Positions 21,594 through 31,889 of a DNA stretch of 64,000 nucleotides are shown piece by piece. The number at the start of each line of letters is the position of its first letter. The stretch's first letter is position 1. The notes under the pieces were generated by a model. The model saw nothing but the letters and a program-made list of their open reading frames with translations, searched no databases and was not told the DNA's origin. The stretch comes from an uncultured Polyangiaceae bacterium (GTDB lineage Bacteria > Pseudomonadota > Alphaproteobacteria > Rhizobiales > Afifellaceae), in NCBI GenBank assembly GCA_964196155.1, contig CAXMRP010000045.1:3373-67372 (forward strand), read 5' to 3'. A program made the translations under genes and the position numbers.

Positions 21594-21752
21594 CGCCTGT
21601 CCGGTGTCGGAAGTTGCAAACAGCATCGGCCAATAATTGGGCAAACGGCCGGATCGGTCATCTGCCCGAAGCTTCGCCCTTAATGGTTGTCCTTAACGGT
21701 AAGTCAAGGCTTTGCCGCGATTTTCAGTGCAACAGAGACGAATTCGTTAGCG

Positions 21753-23537
21753 ATGGGTAATACGGCGATGGGGATCAATTTGGCCAGAATGAATGCGACT
21801 GGTTTTGCTGGAATTATAGTGGCAGCCGGTGCTTGTACGACAACCGGTTTCGCGCAAGGGGCATCCAACTCCAAATTTCCGGCAGCCGGAACCGGGGCTT
21901 TCCCGGCCACCGGCACCGGTGAGTTTGAGCCGGTTTTGACGCCGGACATTGGCGCGGACGCTGCTCTTGGTTCAACCCCGGTACAATCCCCGGCAGAGTC
22001 GTTGACCCAGTCCCTGATGCAATCGTCAGAACTTGCACTGCCACTCGCGGCCCTCGGCGCATTGGTGCTCATTGGCGCTGCATGGCTATTTTTCAAACGT
22101 CGGCGCGGTGGCGGAACGGGCAGGCCGGTCACCAGCAGACAGTCGGCACGGGCGCTCGGCGGTCTTTGCGACCGGACGGCCTTTATCGGCAATCTGACGG
22201 AATTGCTGGCCGGATCAGAACGTCAGGGGCGGCACCTGGCCCTGCACATTATCGACTTTGACGGGTTCGGCGCAATCAACCGCACATACGGCTACGAGGC
22301 CGGCGATGCGCTGTTGAGCGAAGCCGCCAACCGTCTTGGCCAGATGGCCGCAGGACCCAATTGCCTGGCCCGGCTTGGCAGCGACGAGATCGCGGTTATC
22401 CAGTCCGACAGCGGGGCGACCCGGACCATCGATGAATATGCCGAACGCCTGCATGAGGCGCTCTGCCGTCCGGTGACACTTGCCGGCGATCCAATCTCGC
22501 CACGGGTGAGCATTGGTACCGCAGTTGCGCCCCAGCACGGGTCCGATGCGGCCTCGCTGCTCAAGAGTGCCGATCTGGCGTTGACCAGCGCCAAGGAGGA
22601 AGGCGGCAATCGCTCCGTTCACTTCGGGCCGTCCTCGCGCATCGGCCGCGCCATGCGGTCACAGGAGGAAACCTTGCTCCGCTCCGCACTGTCCAACGGA
22701 TGGGTCAAAGCCTACCTGCAGCCGATATTCGACCTGCGCGAGCGCCAGCTGATGGGCTTTGAAGCCCTGGCCCGCATCGAGCACCCCGAGCGCGGCCTGA
22801 TCGCGCCCGACGCGTTTTTGCCGATAGCCGAGGAAACCGGTTTGATCGAACCGCTCGCCGGCATTGTGCACCGGCAGGCCATGGAAGCGGCCGCCGACTG
22901 GCCCGATCACCTGGATCTGGCGATCAACCTGTCGCCGGCCGAGTTTCGCAATACCAATGTTGCCGGCACAATCCGCGATGCGTTGGCCGAAAGTGGCCTG
23001 CCACCTAAAAGGGTCATGCTGGAAGTGACCGAGCGGCTCTTTTCCGGCAATGCCACTGCGCCAGCCGAACAATTGCAGGCGCTGAAAGCCACCGGCGTGT
23101 CGCTGGCGCTTGACGATTTCGGATTGGGGCTGGCGGCGCTTACTCATTTGTGCGCGCACGAATTCGATGTCGTCAAGATCGACCGCACTGTCGTTCGCGC
23201 ATTGTCGTCAGAACGGGCTGCGCGGCTTGTCAGCGTCATGATGCAGGCCGCCAATGATCTGGACATCATGGTCATTGCCGAGGGCGTAGAAACGGCTGAG
23301 CAGGTTCAGGTGCTGGCCAACCGCGGGTGTTTCCGCGCCCAGGGTGATTTGTTTTCCGTTCCATTGCCGATCGCCGATGTCGCGCCGATAATCATGAAAG
23401 ACGTCAAGTACCGCACTACTGGCGCGAAAAACGACACAGCCACGAACGAAACTGCACCCGAAGCTGCGTCAGATGGTGAGGAGGCCAAGGACACAACGCC
23501 GCAACAGACAGACACCGACATCGCCCGCCAAGCCTGA
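21753..23537 (+). CDS. membrane-anchored GGDEF-EAL protein (degenerate GGDEF, intact EAL)
   Basis: RLGSDEIAV replaces the RxGGDEF motif. The EAL-domain motifs GFEALAR, DDFGLG, VKIDR and EGVET are present. A TM segment LAALGALVLIGAAWLFF precedes the GGDEF domain. The start is ambiguous (21687 TTG, 21753 ATG or 21789 ATG). Confidence 0.85.
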   Translation: MGNTAMGINLARMNATGFAGIIVAAGACTTTGFAQGASNSKFPAAGTGAFPATGTGEFEPVLTPDIGADAALGSTPVQSPAESLTQSLMQSSELALPLAALGALVLIGAAWLFFKRRRGGGTGRPVTSRQSARALGGLCDRTAFIGNLTELLAGSERQGRHLALHIIDFDGFGAINRTYGYEAGDALLSEAANRLGQMAAGPNCLARLGSDEIAVIQSDSGATRTIDEYAERLHEALCRPVTLAGDPISPRVSIGTAVAPQHGSDAASLLKSADLALTSAKEEGGNRSVHFGPSSRIGRAMRSQEETLLRSALSNGWVKAYLQPIFDLRERQLMGFEALARIEHPERGLIAPDAFLPIAEETGLIEPLAGIVHRQAMEAAADWPDHLDLAINLSPAEFRNTNVAGTIRDALAESGLPPKRVMLEVTERLFSGNATAPAEQLQALKATGVSLALDDFGLGLAALTHLCAHEFDVVKIDRTVVRALSSERAARLVSVMMQAANDLDIMVIAEGVETAEQVQVLANRGCFRAQGDLFSVPLPIADVAPIIMKDVKYRTTGAKNDTATNETAPEAASDGEEAKDTTPQQTDTDIARQA

Positions 23538-23584
23538 GCGCTGGCCGTGTCTGTGATTGTGTCCCGTTTTGCCGTGGTTAGCCC

Positions 23585-24250
23585 CTAGCGCGAGGCGTTG
23601 CCGCCTTCAATATCGGCAAGCCGCTTGTCCAGATAGCTGGAGCATTCGCCGACCAGTGTGTCGACATGGCCTTCAAAAAAGTGGTTGGCCGACGGCACTG
23701 TCTTTTGATTGACCGTGATGCCTTTTTGCGCCCTGAGCTTTTCAACAAGGGTTTGAACCGCATCCGGCGGCGAAACCCGATCCTCTTCGCCATGGATAAT
23801 CAGGCCCGATGAAGGGCAGGGGGCAAGAAAGGAAAAGTCGTAGAGATTGGGCTGCGGCGCGATCGATAAAAAGCCTTCCACTTCCGGCCGCCGCATCAGC
23901 AACTGCATGCCGATCCACGAGCCGAAGGAGAAGCCGGCAATCCAAACTCCGCGCGAATCCGGGTGCAGGGTCTGGATCCAGTCCAGCGCCGCTGCCGCGT
24001 CCGACAGTTCGCCAACCCCGTGATCGAAATAGCCCTGGCTGCGTCCCACGCCACGGAAATTGAACCGCAGCGCAGTGAAGCCGCGCTCCTGAAACATGTA
24101 GAACAGGCGGTAGACGATCTGGTTGTTCATCGTGCCGCCAAAGCGCGAATGGGGGTGGAGAACCAGACCGATTGGCGCTGTTTTGTCGCTCGAAGGCTGG
24201 TAGCGGCCCTCAAGCCGGCCGTCGGGTCCGGCGAAGATGACTTCAGGCAT
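23585..24250 (-). CDS. alpha/beta-fold hydrolase
   Basis: 221 aa with a nucleophile-elbow motif AGFSFGS and a compact alpha/beta hydrolase layout. Divergent from the suf cluster. Confidence 0.75.
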   Translation of the reverse strand: MPEVIFAGPDGRLEGRYQPSSDKTAPIGLVLHPHSRFGGTMNNQIVYRLFYMFQERGFTALRFNFRGVGRSQGYFDHGVGELSDAAAALDWIQTLHPDSRGVWIAGFSFGSWIGMQLLMRRPEVEGFLSIAPQPNLYDFSFLAPCPSSGLIIHGEEDRVSPPDAVQTLVEKLRAQKGITVNQKTVPSANHFFEGHVDTLVGECSSYLDKRLADIEGGNASR

Positions 24251-24329
24251 GAAAATTCCTGTTGTTGAAATCCGTATCAGGCAAGCATCCGGTTTCTTGA
24301 CACAGCCACGGCGGTAAACCTAAGTACAG

Positions 24330-24346
24330 TTTGGAATGGTTCAAAA
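24330..24346. promoter_or_regulatory. candidate degenerate Irr-box upstream of the suf cluster
   Basis: TTTGGAATGGTTCAAAA matches 12 of 14 specified positions of TTTAGAA-N3-TTCTAAA. Confidence 0.3.
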
Positions 24347-24496
24347 CTGGCAAGGCAAGCCGCCGTCAGCTACCGGGCTGGCGCGGCGCTATCTAAAGAC
24401 CGAAAAGTGACCCGATTACAAGCGTTTCGAGCACAACAGCGGCTCGCAATCGGCTTTCTTGCCGGAAATCGACCATCAGGCTCTGATTGAGCCGCA

Positions 24497-25705
24497 ATGT
24501 CAGGGGATTCAAACCCGATAATGTCTGAGTTGGCCATCAATCGCGATGTCACCGTCTATCTTGATGGGAACGGATCCATGCCGCTGCTTTCCGACGCGCG
24601 GGCGGCGATGGTGGATGCGCTGTCCCATGCCGGCAATGCCTCCTCGACCCATACGGCCGGCCGGTCGGGCCGCGCCAGGATTGATCGCGCGCGCGATCAA
24701 ATTGCCGCCCTTGTTGGCGTATCGGCACCGCAGGTAATTTTTACCAGCGGCGCGACCGAGGCGGCCGCAATGGCGCTGACCACCACCTACCGCATCAAGG
24801 GCACCGACACAGCCATTGGCCGCGTTTATGTCGCCGCTACCGAACATGCCTGTGTGCGGGCCGGCGGCGCGTTCCCGGCGCAGCAGATCACCGTGATCCC
24901 GGTCACCAGGGCAGGGATTGTCGATTGTGAGGCGCTCGCCGCCGCATTGGCGAGGCATGATGCAAATGATGGCCCGCCGCTGGTCGCCGTCATGCTCGCC
25001 AACAACGAGACCGGCATCATCAACCCGGTCGCTCAGGTCGCAGGCATCGTCCATCAGGCCGGTGGCATCGTGTATTGCGACGCGGTTCAGGCGGCCGGCC
25101 GGCTGGACCTCGACATTGCCGCGCTGGGTGTCGATCTTCTCGCCCTGTCCGCCCATAAGCTTGGTGGGCCGCAAGGCATCGGTGCGCTGATCCTTGCCGA
25201 CAATGACCTGTGCCCGGTGCCGCTGATCAGCGGTGGCGGTCAGGAAAAACGCCGCCGCGCCGGAACGGAAAATATCGCGGCGATCGCCGGCTTTGGCGTT
25301 GCCGCTTGCCTGGCCCGTGACCATATAGGGGACATGGCGCGTATTGGTGAAATGCGCGACGGTTTTGAGGCCGCAATTCTGGCGATTTCGCCGGATGCGC
25401 AAATTGTCGGTAAGACTGTCGAACGGCTGGCCAATACCAGCATGATTGTTGCGCCCGGGCAGGTCGCCGAAACCGTGGTTATCGCCTTCGATCTGGAAGG
25501 CATTGCCGTGTCGGCTGGTTCTGCCTGTTCGTCAGGAAAGGTATCGCAAAGCCACGTATTGGCGGCGATGGGACTGTCGCCGGAAGAGGCCCGCGCCGGC
25601 ATCCGGTTCAGCCTTCATCCTGGCTCAATCCGGGATGATATTGATCGCACGCTTGCCGTTTGGCAAAAAATATGCCGAAAGAGTGCGGACAAACACGCCG
25701 CGTGA
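24497..25705 (+). CDS. class-V aminotransferase / NifS-IscS-like cysteine desulfurase
   Basis: FTSGATEA, SAHKLGGPQGIG (PLP lysine) and GSACSSG (catalytic Cys loop). First gene of the suf cluster. ATG 24521 is an alternative start. Confidence 0.85.
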   Translation: MSGDSNPIMSELAINRDVTVYLDGNGSMPLLSDARAAMVDALSHAGNASSTHTAGRSGRARIDRARDQIAALVGVSAPQVIFTSGATEAAAMALTTTYRIKGTDTAIGRVYVAATEHACVRAGGAFPAQQITVIPVTRAGIVDCEALAAALARHDANDGPPLVAVMLANNETGIINPVAQVAGIVHQAGGIVYCDAVQAAGRLDLDIAALGVDLLALSAHKLGGPQGIGALILADNDLCPVPLISGGGQEKRRRAGTENIAAIAGFGVAACLARDHIGDMARIGEMRDGFEAAILAISPDAQIVGKTVERLANTSMIVAPGQVAETVVIAFDLEGIAVSAGSACSSGKVSQSHVLAAMGLSPEEARAGIRFSLHPGSIRDDIDRTLAVWQKICRKSADKHAA

Positions 25706-25806
25706 GGAATTATAGAGCGGGCAACCGGCCAACGACCGGCCAGTGCGACCCGCAGATGAAGTGACAGAACCAACCGGCAGGCCTTGAACCTGCTAAGGAG
25801 GGTAAG

Positions 25807-27336
25807 ATGCCCGCAGTTCGCGAGACCGTCGAACAGGTCAAGGCGATTGACGTCGACAAGTACAAGTACGGATTTGAAACTGACATCGAATCCGAAAAGC
25901 CCCCCAAGGGCCTGAGCGAAGACATTGTCCGTTATATCTCTGCCCGAAAGAACGAGCCGGAATGGATGACGCAATGGCGTCTTGACGCCTATCGCCGCTG
26001 GTTGACCATGACCGAGCCGACCTGGGCGCGGGTCGATTATCCCAAGATCGATTTTCAGGATCTGTATTACTACGCCGCGCCCAAATCCATGAGCGGTCCG
26101 GACAGTCTTGACGAGGTCGATCCGGAAATCCTCGCGACCTATGAAAAACTCGGTATCCCGCTGAAAGAACAGGAAATTCTGGCCGGCGTGCGCAAGCAGG
26201 GCGAGCCAAGTTCGCTTGACGCGGATGGCAATGAGGCGACCGCGCAAAACGGCGTGCCGCGGGTCGCCGTCGATGCGATATTCGACAGCGTGTCGGTAAT
26301 CACCACTTTCAAGGAAGAGTTGAAAAAGGCCGGCGTCTTGTTCATGCCGATCTCCGAGGCGTTGCAGGAATATCCCGAACTGGTGCGCAAATATCTCGGC
26401 TCCGTGGTGCCGGTGACCGACAATTTCTACGCCACGCTCAATGCCGCGGTGTTCTCCGACGGCTCCTTCGTTTATGTGCCGAAAGGCGTGCGCTGCCCGA
26501 TGGAATTGTCGACCTATTTCCGCATGAACGAGCGCAATACCGGCCAGTTTGAGCGCACCCTGATCATCGTCGACGAGGGGGCATACGTGTCCTATCTGGA
26601 AGGCTGCACCGCGCCGATGCGCGATGAGAATCAGCTGCACGCCGCCGTTGTTGAACTGGTGGCGCTGGAAGGGGCACAGATCAAATACTCCACCGTCCAG
26701 AACTGGTATCCGGGCGACGCCGAGGGCAGGGGCGGGGTCTATAATTTCGTCACCAAGCGCGGCGATTGCCGGGGCGACAATTCGCGCATTTCGTGGACTC
26801 AGGTCGAGACCGGTTCGGCGATCACCTGGAAATATCCCTCCTGCATCCTGCGCGGCGACAATTCCGAAGGCGAATTTTATTCCATCGCCATTTCCAATGG
26901 CCGCCAGCAGGTGGATTCCGGCACCAAGATGATCCATCTCGGCAAGAACACAAAAAGCCGCATCATCTCCAAGGGCATATCGGCCGGTCGTTCCAACAAC
27001 ACCTATCGCGGGCTGGTCTCGGCCAACCGCAAGGCATCCGGCGCGCGCAATTTCACCCAGTGCGATTCGCTGCTGATCGGCAACGAATGCGGCGCTCACA
27101 CGGTGCCATATATCGAGTCCAAAAACGCCAGTGCCGTCTTCGAACACGAGGCGACGACGTCGAAGATTTCCGACGATCAACTTTTCTACTGCCTCCAGCG
27201 CGGCATGAACGAGGAAGAGGCGATTGCACTGATCGTCAACGGCTTTGCCCGCGAGGTGATCCAGAAACTGCCGATGGAATTCATGGCCGAAACCCAGCGG
27301 CTGATCGGCATTTCGCTGGAAGGGAGCGTGGGGTGA
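25807..27336 (+). CDS. sufB: Fe-S cluster assembly scaffold SufB
   Basis: 509 aa. The highly conserved SufB sequence is evident ([28 protein letters not shown]), and a strong SD AGGAGG lies upstream. Confidence 0.96.
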   Translation: MPAVRETVEQVKAIDVDKYKYGFETDIESEKPPKGLSEDIVRYISARKNEPEWMTQWRLDAYRRWLTMTEPTWARVDYPKIDFQDLYYYAAPKSMSGPDSLDEVDPEILATYEKLGIPLKEQEILAGVRKQGEPSSLDADGNEATAQNGVPRVAVDAIFDSVSVITTFKEELKKAGVLFMPISEALQEYPELVRKYLGSVVPVTDNFYATLNAAVFSDGSFVYVPKGVRCPMELSTYFRMNERNTGQFERTLIIVDEGAYVSYLEGCTAPMRDENQLHAAVVELVALEGAQIKYSTVQNWYPGDAEGRGGVYNFVTKRGDCRGDNSRISWTQVETGSAITWKYPSCILRGDNSEGEFYSIAISNGRQQVDSGTKMIHLGKNTKSRIISKGISAGRSNNTYRGLVSANRKASGARNFTQCDSLLIGNECGAHTVPYIESKNASAVFEHEATTSKISDDQLFYCLQRGMNEEEAIALIVNGFAREVIQKLPMEFMAETQRLIGISLEGSVG

Positions 27337-27438
27337 TGAGCGCGAAGACCAAATCGGACGGTACCGGTATCCAATGCGCCGACCGCTCGCGAGCACAATA
27401 ATATGGCCTCTGACCGGCCTAATTTTGAAAGTATAACG

Positions 27439-28191
27439 ATGCTTGAAATCAATAATCTCCACGCCCGTGTCGCCGACGAGGATACCGAAATCCTGCGCGG
27501 CATTGATCTGACCGTCAACGCTGGCGAAGTGCACGCTATCATGGGCCCGAACGGCTCGGGAAAATCGACCCTGTCCTATGTACTGGCCGGCAAGGATGAC
27601 TATGAGATCACCGGCTCGGTGACCCACAAGGGCAAGGATCTGCTGGCCATGGCGCCGGATGAGCGCGCTGCCGCCGGCCTGTTTCTGGCGTTTCAGTATC
27701 CGATGGAAATCCCCGGTGTCGGCACGATGACATTCCTCAAGACCGCGCTCAATGCCCAGCGCCGGGCGCGTGGCGAAGACGAACTGATGACGCCTGATTT
27801 CATGCGTTTGCTGCGTTCGGCCGCCGCCGATCTGGAAATATCCATGGATATGCTGAAGCGGCCGCTCAATGTCGGCTTTTCCGGCGGCGAGAAGAAGCGC
27901 AACGAAATATTGCAAATGGCGTTGCTGGAACCGTCGCTGTGCATCATGGACGAGACCGATTCCGGCCTCGATATCGATGCGCTGAAGGTCGTCGCTGACG
28001 GGGTCAATGCCCTTCGTGCGCCCGACCGGTCATTTGTGGTCATCACCCATTATCAGCGTCTGTTGAACCACATCGTGCCGGACTTTGTGCATGTGCTTTC
28101 GAAGGGAAGAATTGTGAAATCCGGCGGCAAGGAACTGGCGCTTGAACTGGAAGAAAAAGGCTATGCCGACCTGATCGCGGAGGCCGCCTGA
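27439..28191 (+). CDS. sufC: Fe-S cluster assembly ATPase SufC
   Basis: Walker A GPNGSGKST, ABC signature FSGGEKKRNEI and Walker B CIMDETDSGLD. ATG 27403 is an alternative start. Confidence 0.95.
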   Translation: MLEINNLHARVADEDTEILRGIDLTVNAGEVHAIMGPNGSGKSTLSYVLAGKDDYEITGSVTHKGKDLLAMAPDERAAAGLFLAFQYPMEIPGVGTMTFLKTALNAQRRARGEDELMTPDFMRLLRSAAADLEISMDMLKRPLNVGFSGGEKKRNEILQMALLEPSLCIMDETDSGLDIDALKVVADGVNALRAPDRSFVVITHYQRLLNHIVPDFVHVLSKGRIVKSGGKELALELEEKGYADLIAEAA

Positions 28192-28192
28192 C

Positions 28193-29521
28193 ATGGCTGC
28201 TTCAGCCGCACTGGCGGCCAGTAACAAGGGTCAGACCGATCGCATCCTGACGCCGGCGGAAAAATCTGTGCTGGCGCGGATTGCCGAATTGCCGGACGGG
28301 CAGGTGGGGCGCGATAATGTCGTGTCGCTTATCCGCGACGACGGCTTGCCGCACCGGCGCATTGAGGCGTGGAAATATACCGACCTGCGGACCGTGCTCG
28401 GCGAAGTGCCGGCCCTTGCCGTGCGCCCCGAGGATGAAGACGCCACCAAAGCAGCGATATCCTACAACCGGTTCACTGATGCCGTGCGGTTGCCGATCTT
28501 CAACGGCCAACATTTTCCAGCGCTGGCCGACGATCTGCCTGAAGGCGTATCTGTCAGCGAATATGCAGTCGCTGACGGCAACGCCACTGCCACGGATGCG
28601 CCCACCACGACCGACGCCATTGCCCTGTTCGATCAGGCATTCGGCGGCACCGGGCTCTCCATCGATGTTGCCCCGAACGCGACAATTGCCAAGCCCATCG
28701 GCTTCGCCAATGTGATCGTCGGCGACGTGCCGGTTCTGGCTGCGACCCGCCATGCTGTTACGATCGGCAACAACGCCACGGCGACCTTCATTGATCGCCA
28801 TGTCGGCCCGGCTGACCTGGCCTATATGACCAACGGATTGACCGATCTGACCCTTGGCGCGGGCGCAAAAGTCCACTGGGTCATCGTGCAGGAGGAGGGC
28901 AATGCTGCCCGCCATCTCAGCCAGCTGAATATTACGCTGGCCGCCAACGCCAATCTGAACATTTCCGTGCTCAACGCCGGCGGCGCGCTGGTGCGCCGTG
29001 AAATCCACATCGATGTCGCCGGAGCCGGCTCCAATTTGACCATATCCGGCGTCAATCTGATCGGTGGCGACGCTCATATCGACGTCACGACGACGCTCAA
29101 CCATTTCGAGCCTGACACCACCGCCAGCGAAATCTTCCGCAATGTGGTGAGCGACAAGGGCACCGGCGTATTTCAGGGCCGCATCAATGTGGCGGCCAAG
29201 GCGCAAAAGACCGACGCCCAGATGGCCTGCAACACGTTGCTCTTGTCTGAAGCAGCGAGCTTTTCCGCCAAGCCCGAACTTGAGATTTTCGCCGATGATG
29301 TGGTTTGCGGCCACGGTGCAACCTGCGGCCAGATCGACGAAGACATGTTATTCTTCCTGCGCTCGCGCGGTATCCCGCTAAAACAGGCCGAACAGATGAT
29401 GGTCATGGCGTTTTTGTCCGAAGTGATAGGCCGGGTCGATGATGATCCGATCCGGAACGCCCTTGATGCGCGCATCCGGGACTGGATCGGCCTGCCACCG
29501 GAGGTCAGCGTCAATGAATAA
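28193..29521 (+). CDS. sufD: Fe-S cluster assembly protein SufD
   Basis: SufB/SufD beta-helix family C-terminus (FADDVVCGHGATCGQIDEDMLFFLRSRGI). Lies between sufC and sufS. Confidence 0.9.
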   Translation: MAASAALAASNKGQTDRILTPAEKSVLARIAELPDGQVGRDNVVSLIRDDGLPHRRIEAWKYTDLRTVLGEVPALAVRPEDEDATKAAISYNRFTDAVRLPIFNGQHFPALADDLPEGVSVSEYAVADGNATATDAPTTTDAIALFDQAFGGTGLSIDVAPNATIAKPIGFANVIVGDVPVLAATRHAVTIGNNATATFIDRHVGPADLAYMTNGLTDLTLGAGAKVHWVIVQEEGNAARHLSQLNITLAANANLNISVLNAGGALVRREIHIDVAGAGSNLTISGVNLIGGDAHIDVTTTLNHFEPDTTASEIFRNVVSDKGTGVFQGRINVAAKAQKTDAQMACNTLLLSEAASFSAKPELEIFADDVVCGHGATCGQIDEDMLFFLRSRGIPLKQAEQMMVMAFLSEVIGRVDDDPIRNALDARIRDWIGLPPEVSVNE

Positions 29522-30770
29522 GCCCGTCGCTGCCCAGACTGCCCCTGTCTCCGCCTATGATGTGGAGGCCATCCGCGCCGATTTCCCGATACTGGCGCGT
29601 GAAGTTTACGGCAAGCCGTTGGTCTATCTGGACAATGGCGCGTCGGCGCAAAAACCCCAGTCTGTCATCGACACGATCTCTCATGCCTATTCAAATGAAT
29701 ATGCCAACGTCCATCGCGGCCTGCACTTCCTGTCCAACGCCGCTACTGATGCCTATGAAAAGGCCCGCGAGATTGTCCGGGGCTTCCTGAACGCGCCGTC
29801 CGTCGACGAGATCATCTTCACCAGCTCCACCACCGAAGCAATCAATCTGGTCGCCGCCTCATACGGCGGCATGATGCTGGGCGAGGGCGACGAGATCGTG
29901 CTCTCTATCATGGAGCACCACTCCAACATCGTACCCTGGCATTATCACCGCGCCCGCTCCGGCGCCAAACTGGTCTGGGTCGATGTCGCCGACGATGGAT
30001 CGTTCGATCTGGAAGCCTTCGAGGCGGCGCTCACCGAGCGCACCAAAATCGTCGCCATCACCCACTTGTCCAATGTGCTGGGTACGGTTGTACCCATCAA
30101 GGAAGTCTGCCGCATCGCCCATGCGCGCGGCATCAAGGTGTTGGTCGATGGCAGCCAGGCGGCGGTCCATATGCAAGTCGATGTGCAGGCGCTGGACTGT
30201 GATTTCTACGTCTTCACCGGCCACAAAACCTATGGCCCGTCCGGCATAGGCGTGCTGTGGGCACGTTCTGAACTGCTTGATGCCATGCCGCCCTACATGG
30301 GCGGCGGCGAAATGATCCTCGATGTCACCAAAGACGACGTGACCTACAACGATCCGCCCCACCGGTTCGAGGCCGGCACGCCGCCGATTGTTCAGGCCAT
30401 CGGTCTGGGCGCGGCGCTCACCTATATGGACGGCATCGGCCGCGACGCCATTGCCGCCCACGAGGCCGGTCTGGCGGCCTATGCCCATGAGCGGCTGTCG
30501 GCGCTGAACTCGGTGCGCATTTTCGGCACTGCGCCGGGCAAGGGAGCCATTGTGTCATTCGAGATGGACGGCCTGCACGCCCATGATATCTCAATGATTA
30601 TTGACCGCGAAGGCGTGGCCGTGCGCGCCGGAACCCACTGTGCCCAGCCGCTGCTTTCCCGCTTCGGCGTGACATCCACCTGCCGCGCTTCCTTCGGGCT
30701 GTACAACACCCGCGCCGAGGTCGATGCTCTTGCCAACGCGCTTGTGAAAGCCCACTCTTTCCTCACATGA
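29514..30770 (+). CDS. sufS: class II cysteine desulfurase SufS
   Basis: YLDNGASAQKP, FTGHKTYGPSGIG (PLP lysine) and RAGTHCAQP (catalytic Cys). Its ATG overlaps the sufD stop (ATGAATAA). Confidence 0.94.
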   Translation: MNKPVAAQTAPVSAYDVEAIRADFPILAREVYGKPLVYLDNGASAQKPQSVIDTISHAYSNEYANVHRGLHFLSNAATDAYEKAREIVRGFLNAPSVDEIIFTSSTTEAINLVAASYGGMMLGEGDEIVLSIMEHHSNIVPWHYHRARSGAKLVWVDVADDGSFDLEAFEAALTERTKIVAITHLSNVLGTVVPIKEVCRIAHARGIKVLVDGSQAAVHMQVDVQALDCDFYVFTGHKTYGPSGIGVLWARSELLDAMPPYMGGGEMILDVTKDDVTYNDPPHRFEAGTPPIVQAIGLGAALTYMDGIGRDAIAAHEAGLAAYAHERLSALNSVRIFGTAPGKGAIVSFEMDGLHAHDISMIIDREGVAVRAGTHCAQPLLSRFGVTSTCRASFGLYNTRAEVDALANALVKAHSFLT

Positions 30771-30771
30771 G

Positions 30772-31251
30772 GTGACCATGACCGATACCGCAACAATCGA
30801 TGAGAGCACCGGCGCTGCCAAGGCGCCTGATACTGCCTCGCAAGAGCCCGAAAAGGCCGCGCAGGCGCCAGAAATCATCGCCGATGCGCCCATAGATGGC
30901 CCCAACAGTGCCGCCGTGACCGGTTCGACCATTCCGGCCGAAGAGCTGGAGCGGTTGACCGGTGACATCATTGCGGCTCTCAAATCCGTCTACGACCCGG
31001 AAATTCCGGCCGATATTTATGAAATTGGCCTGATCTACAAGGTCGATATCGATGACAACAGAGATGTCACAATCGACATGACCCTGACCGCGCCGGGCTG
31101 CCCGGTGGCCGGCGAAATGCCGATCTGGGTCGAAAATGCCGTGGCCTCGGTGCCCGGTGTGGCCAGCGCCACCGCCATGATGGTGTTCGATCCGCCCTGG
31201 TCGCCGGACCGCATGTCGGACGAGGCCAAGGTTGCGATTGGCTGGTGGTAG
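30772..31251 (+). CDS. sufT: SUF-associated DUF59 Fe-S assembly protein
   Basis: DUF59 core VYDPEIPADIYEIGLIY...MTLTAPGCPVAGEM after a low-complexity N-terminal extension. Start is GTG 30772 or ATG 30778. Confidence 0.85.
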   Translation: MTMTDTATIDESTGAAKAPDTASQEPEKAAQAPEIIADAPIDGPNSAAVTGSTIPAEELERLTGDIIAALKSVYDPEIPADIYEIGLIYKVDIDDNRDVTIDMTLTAPGCPVAGEMPIWVENAVASVPGVASATAMMVFDPPWSPDRMSDEAKVAIGWW

Positions 31252-31348
31252 GAAATCCCTGTTAGACTGCCGGTGATATCCTGTTTGCACACGGTGATTG
31301 ATGTCGGCACAATCATGCCCCACATAAGGGCAAAGGAGACCCGGTAGC

Positions 31349-31738
31349 ATGGCTTTACCCGGATTTCAGGTTCTGACACTGACCGACTCGGCAGCCGAGC
31401 GGGTGCGCGAAATTGTCACCAATGCCGGCGATGGGGCCGCAGGTGTGCGTGTCGGCATCAGCAAGGGAGGCTGTGCCGGCATGGAGTATACGATTGATCT
31501 GGTGACCGATCCCAACCCGTCCGACGACAAGGTCGAGGCAGGCGACAATACCAGCGTGTTTGTTGATCCCGCCGCCACCTTGTTCCTGCTTGGTACCAGC
31601 ATGGATTATGAGGTGACCCAGCTGCGCACCGGCTTCGTGTTCAACAATCCTAACCAGACCAGCGCCTGTGGCTGCGGCGAATCGGTGGAGCTGAAGGCGG
31701 CCGACCTGACCAAATTGAACCGCGAGACCGTCAATTAG
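31349..31738 (+). CDS. sufA: A-type Fe-S cluster carrier (SufA/ErpA/IscA family)
   Basis: GCAGMEY...CGCGESV shows the three conserved Cys of A-type carriers. Last gene of the suf cluster. Confidence 0.88.
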   Translation: MALPGFQVLTLTDSAAERVREIVTNAGDGAAGVRVGISKGGCAGMEYTIDLVTDPNPSDDKVEAGDNTSVFVDPAATLFLLGTSMDYEVTQLRTGFVFNNPNQTSACGCGESVELKAADLTKLNRETVN

Positions 31739-31850
31739 AGCGCATTCCGAAAAGTGGGAACCGGTTTTCGGATTAAATGCGCGTAAAAACAAAAGACTAG
31801 TGCTTATTGAGTGGTTCGATAATCACGAAATATGTTCTAGAATTGGCGGC
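31735..31850 (+). repeat. full copy C of the intergenic repeat; its first bases supply the sufA stop codon
   Basis: TTAGAGCGCATTCCGAAAAGTGGGAACCGGTTTTCGGATTAAATGCGCGTAAAAACAAAAGACTAGTGCTTATTGAGTGGTTCGATAATCACGAAATATGTTCTAG. The sufA stop TAG is at 31736-31738. Confidence 0.85.
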
Positions 31851-31889
31851 CAGCTTCGGTAGCAGGCAAAGTCGCAGGCACCCACTCCT

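Noticed and set aside
25615-27915. 766-aa ORF on the minus strand spanning sufB and sufC
   Set aside because: It is entirely antisense to two unmistakable, highly conserved genes. Its sequence is low-complexity (Gly/Arg/Ala/His-rich) with no recognisable domain. Long stop-free antisense frames are expected in GC-rich, strongly codon-biased genes.
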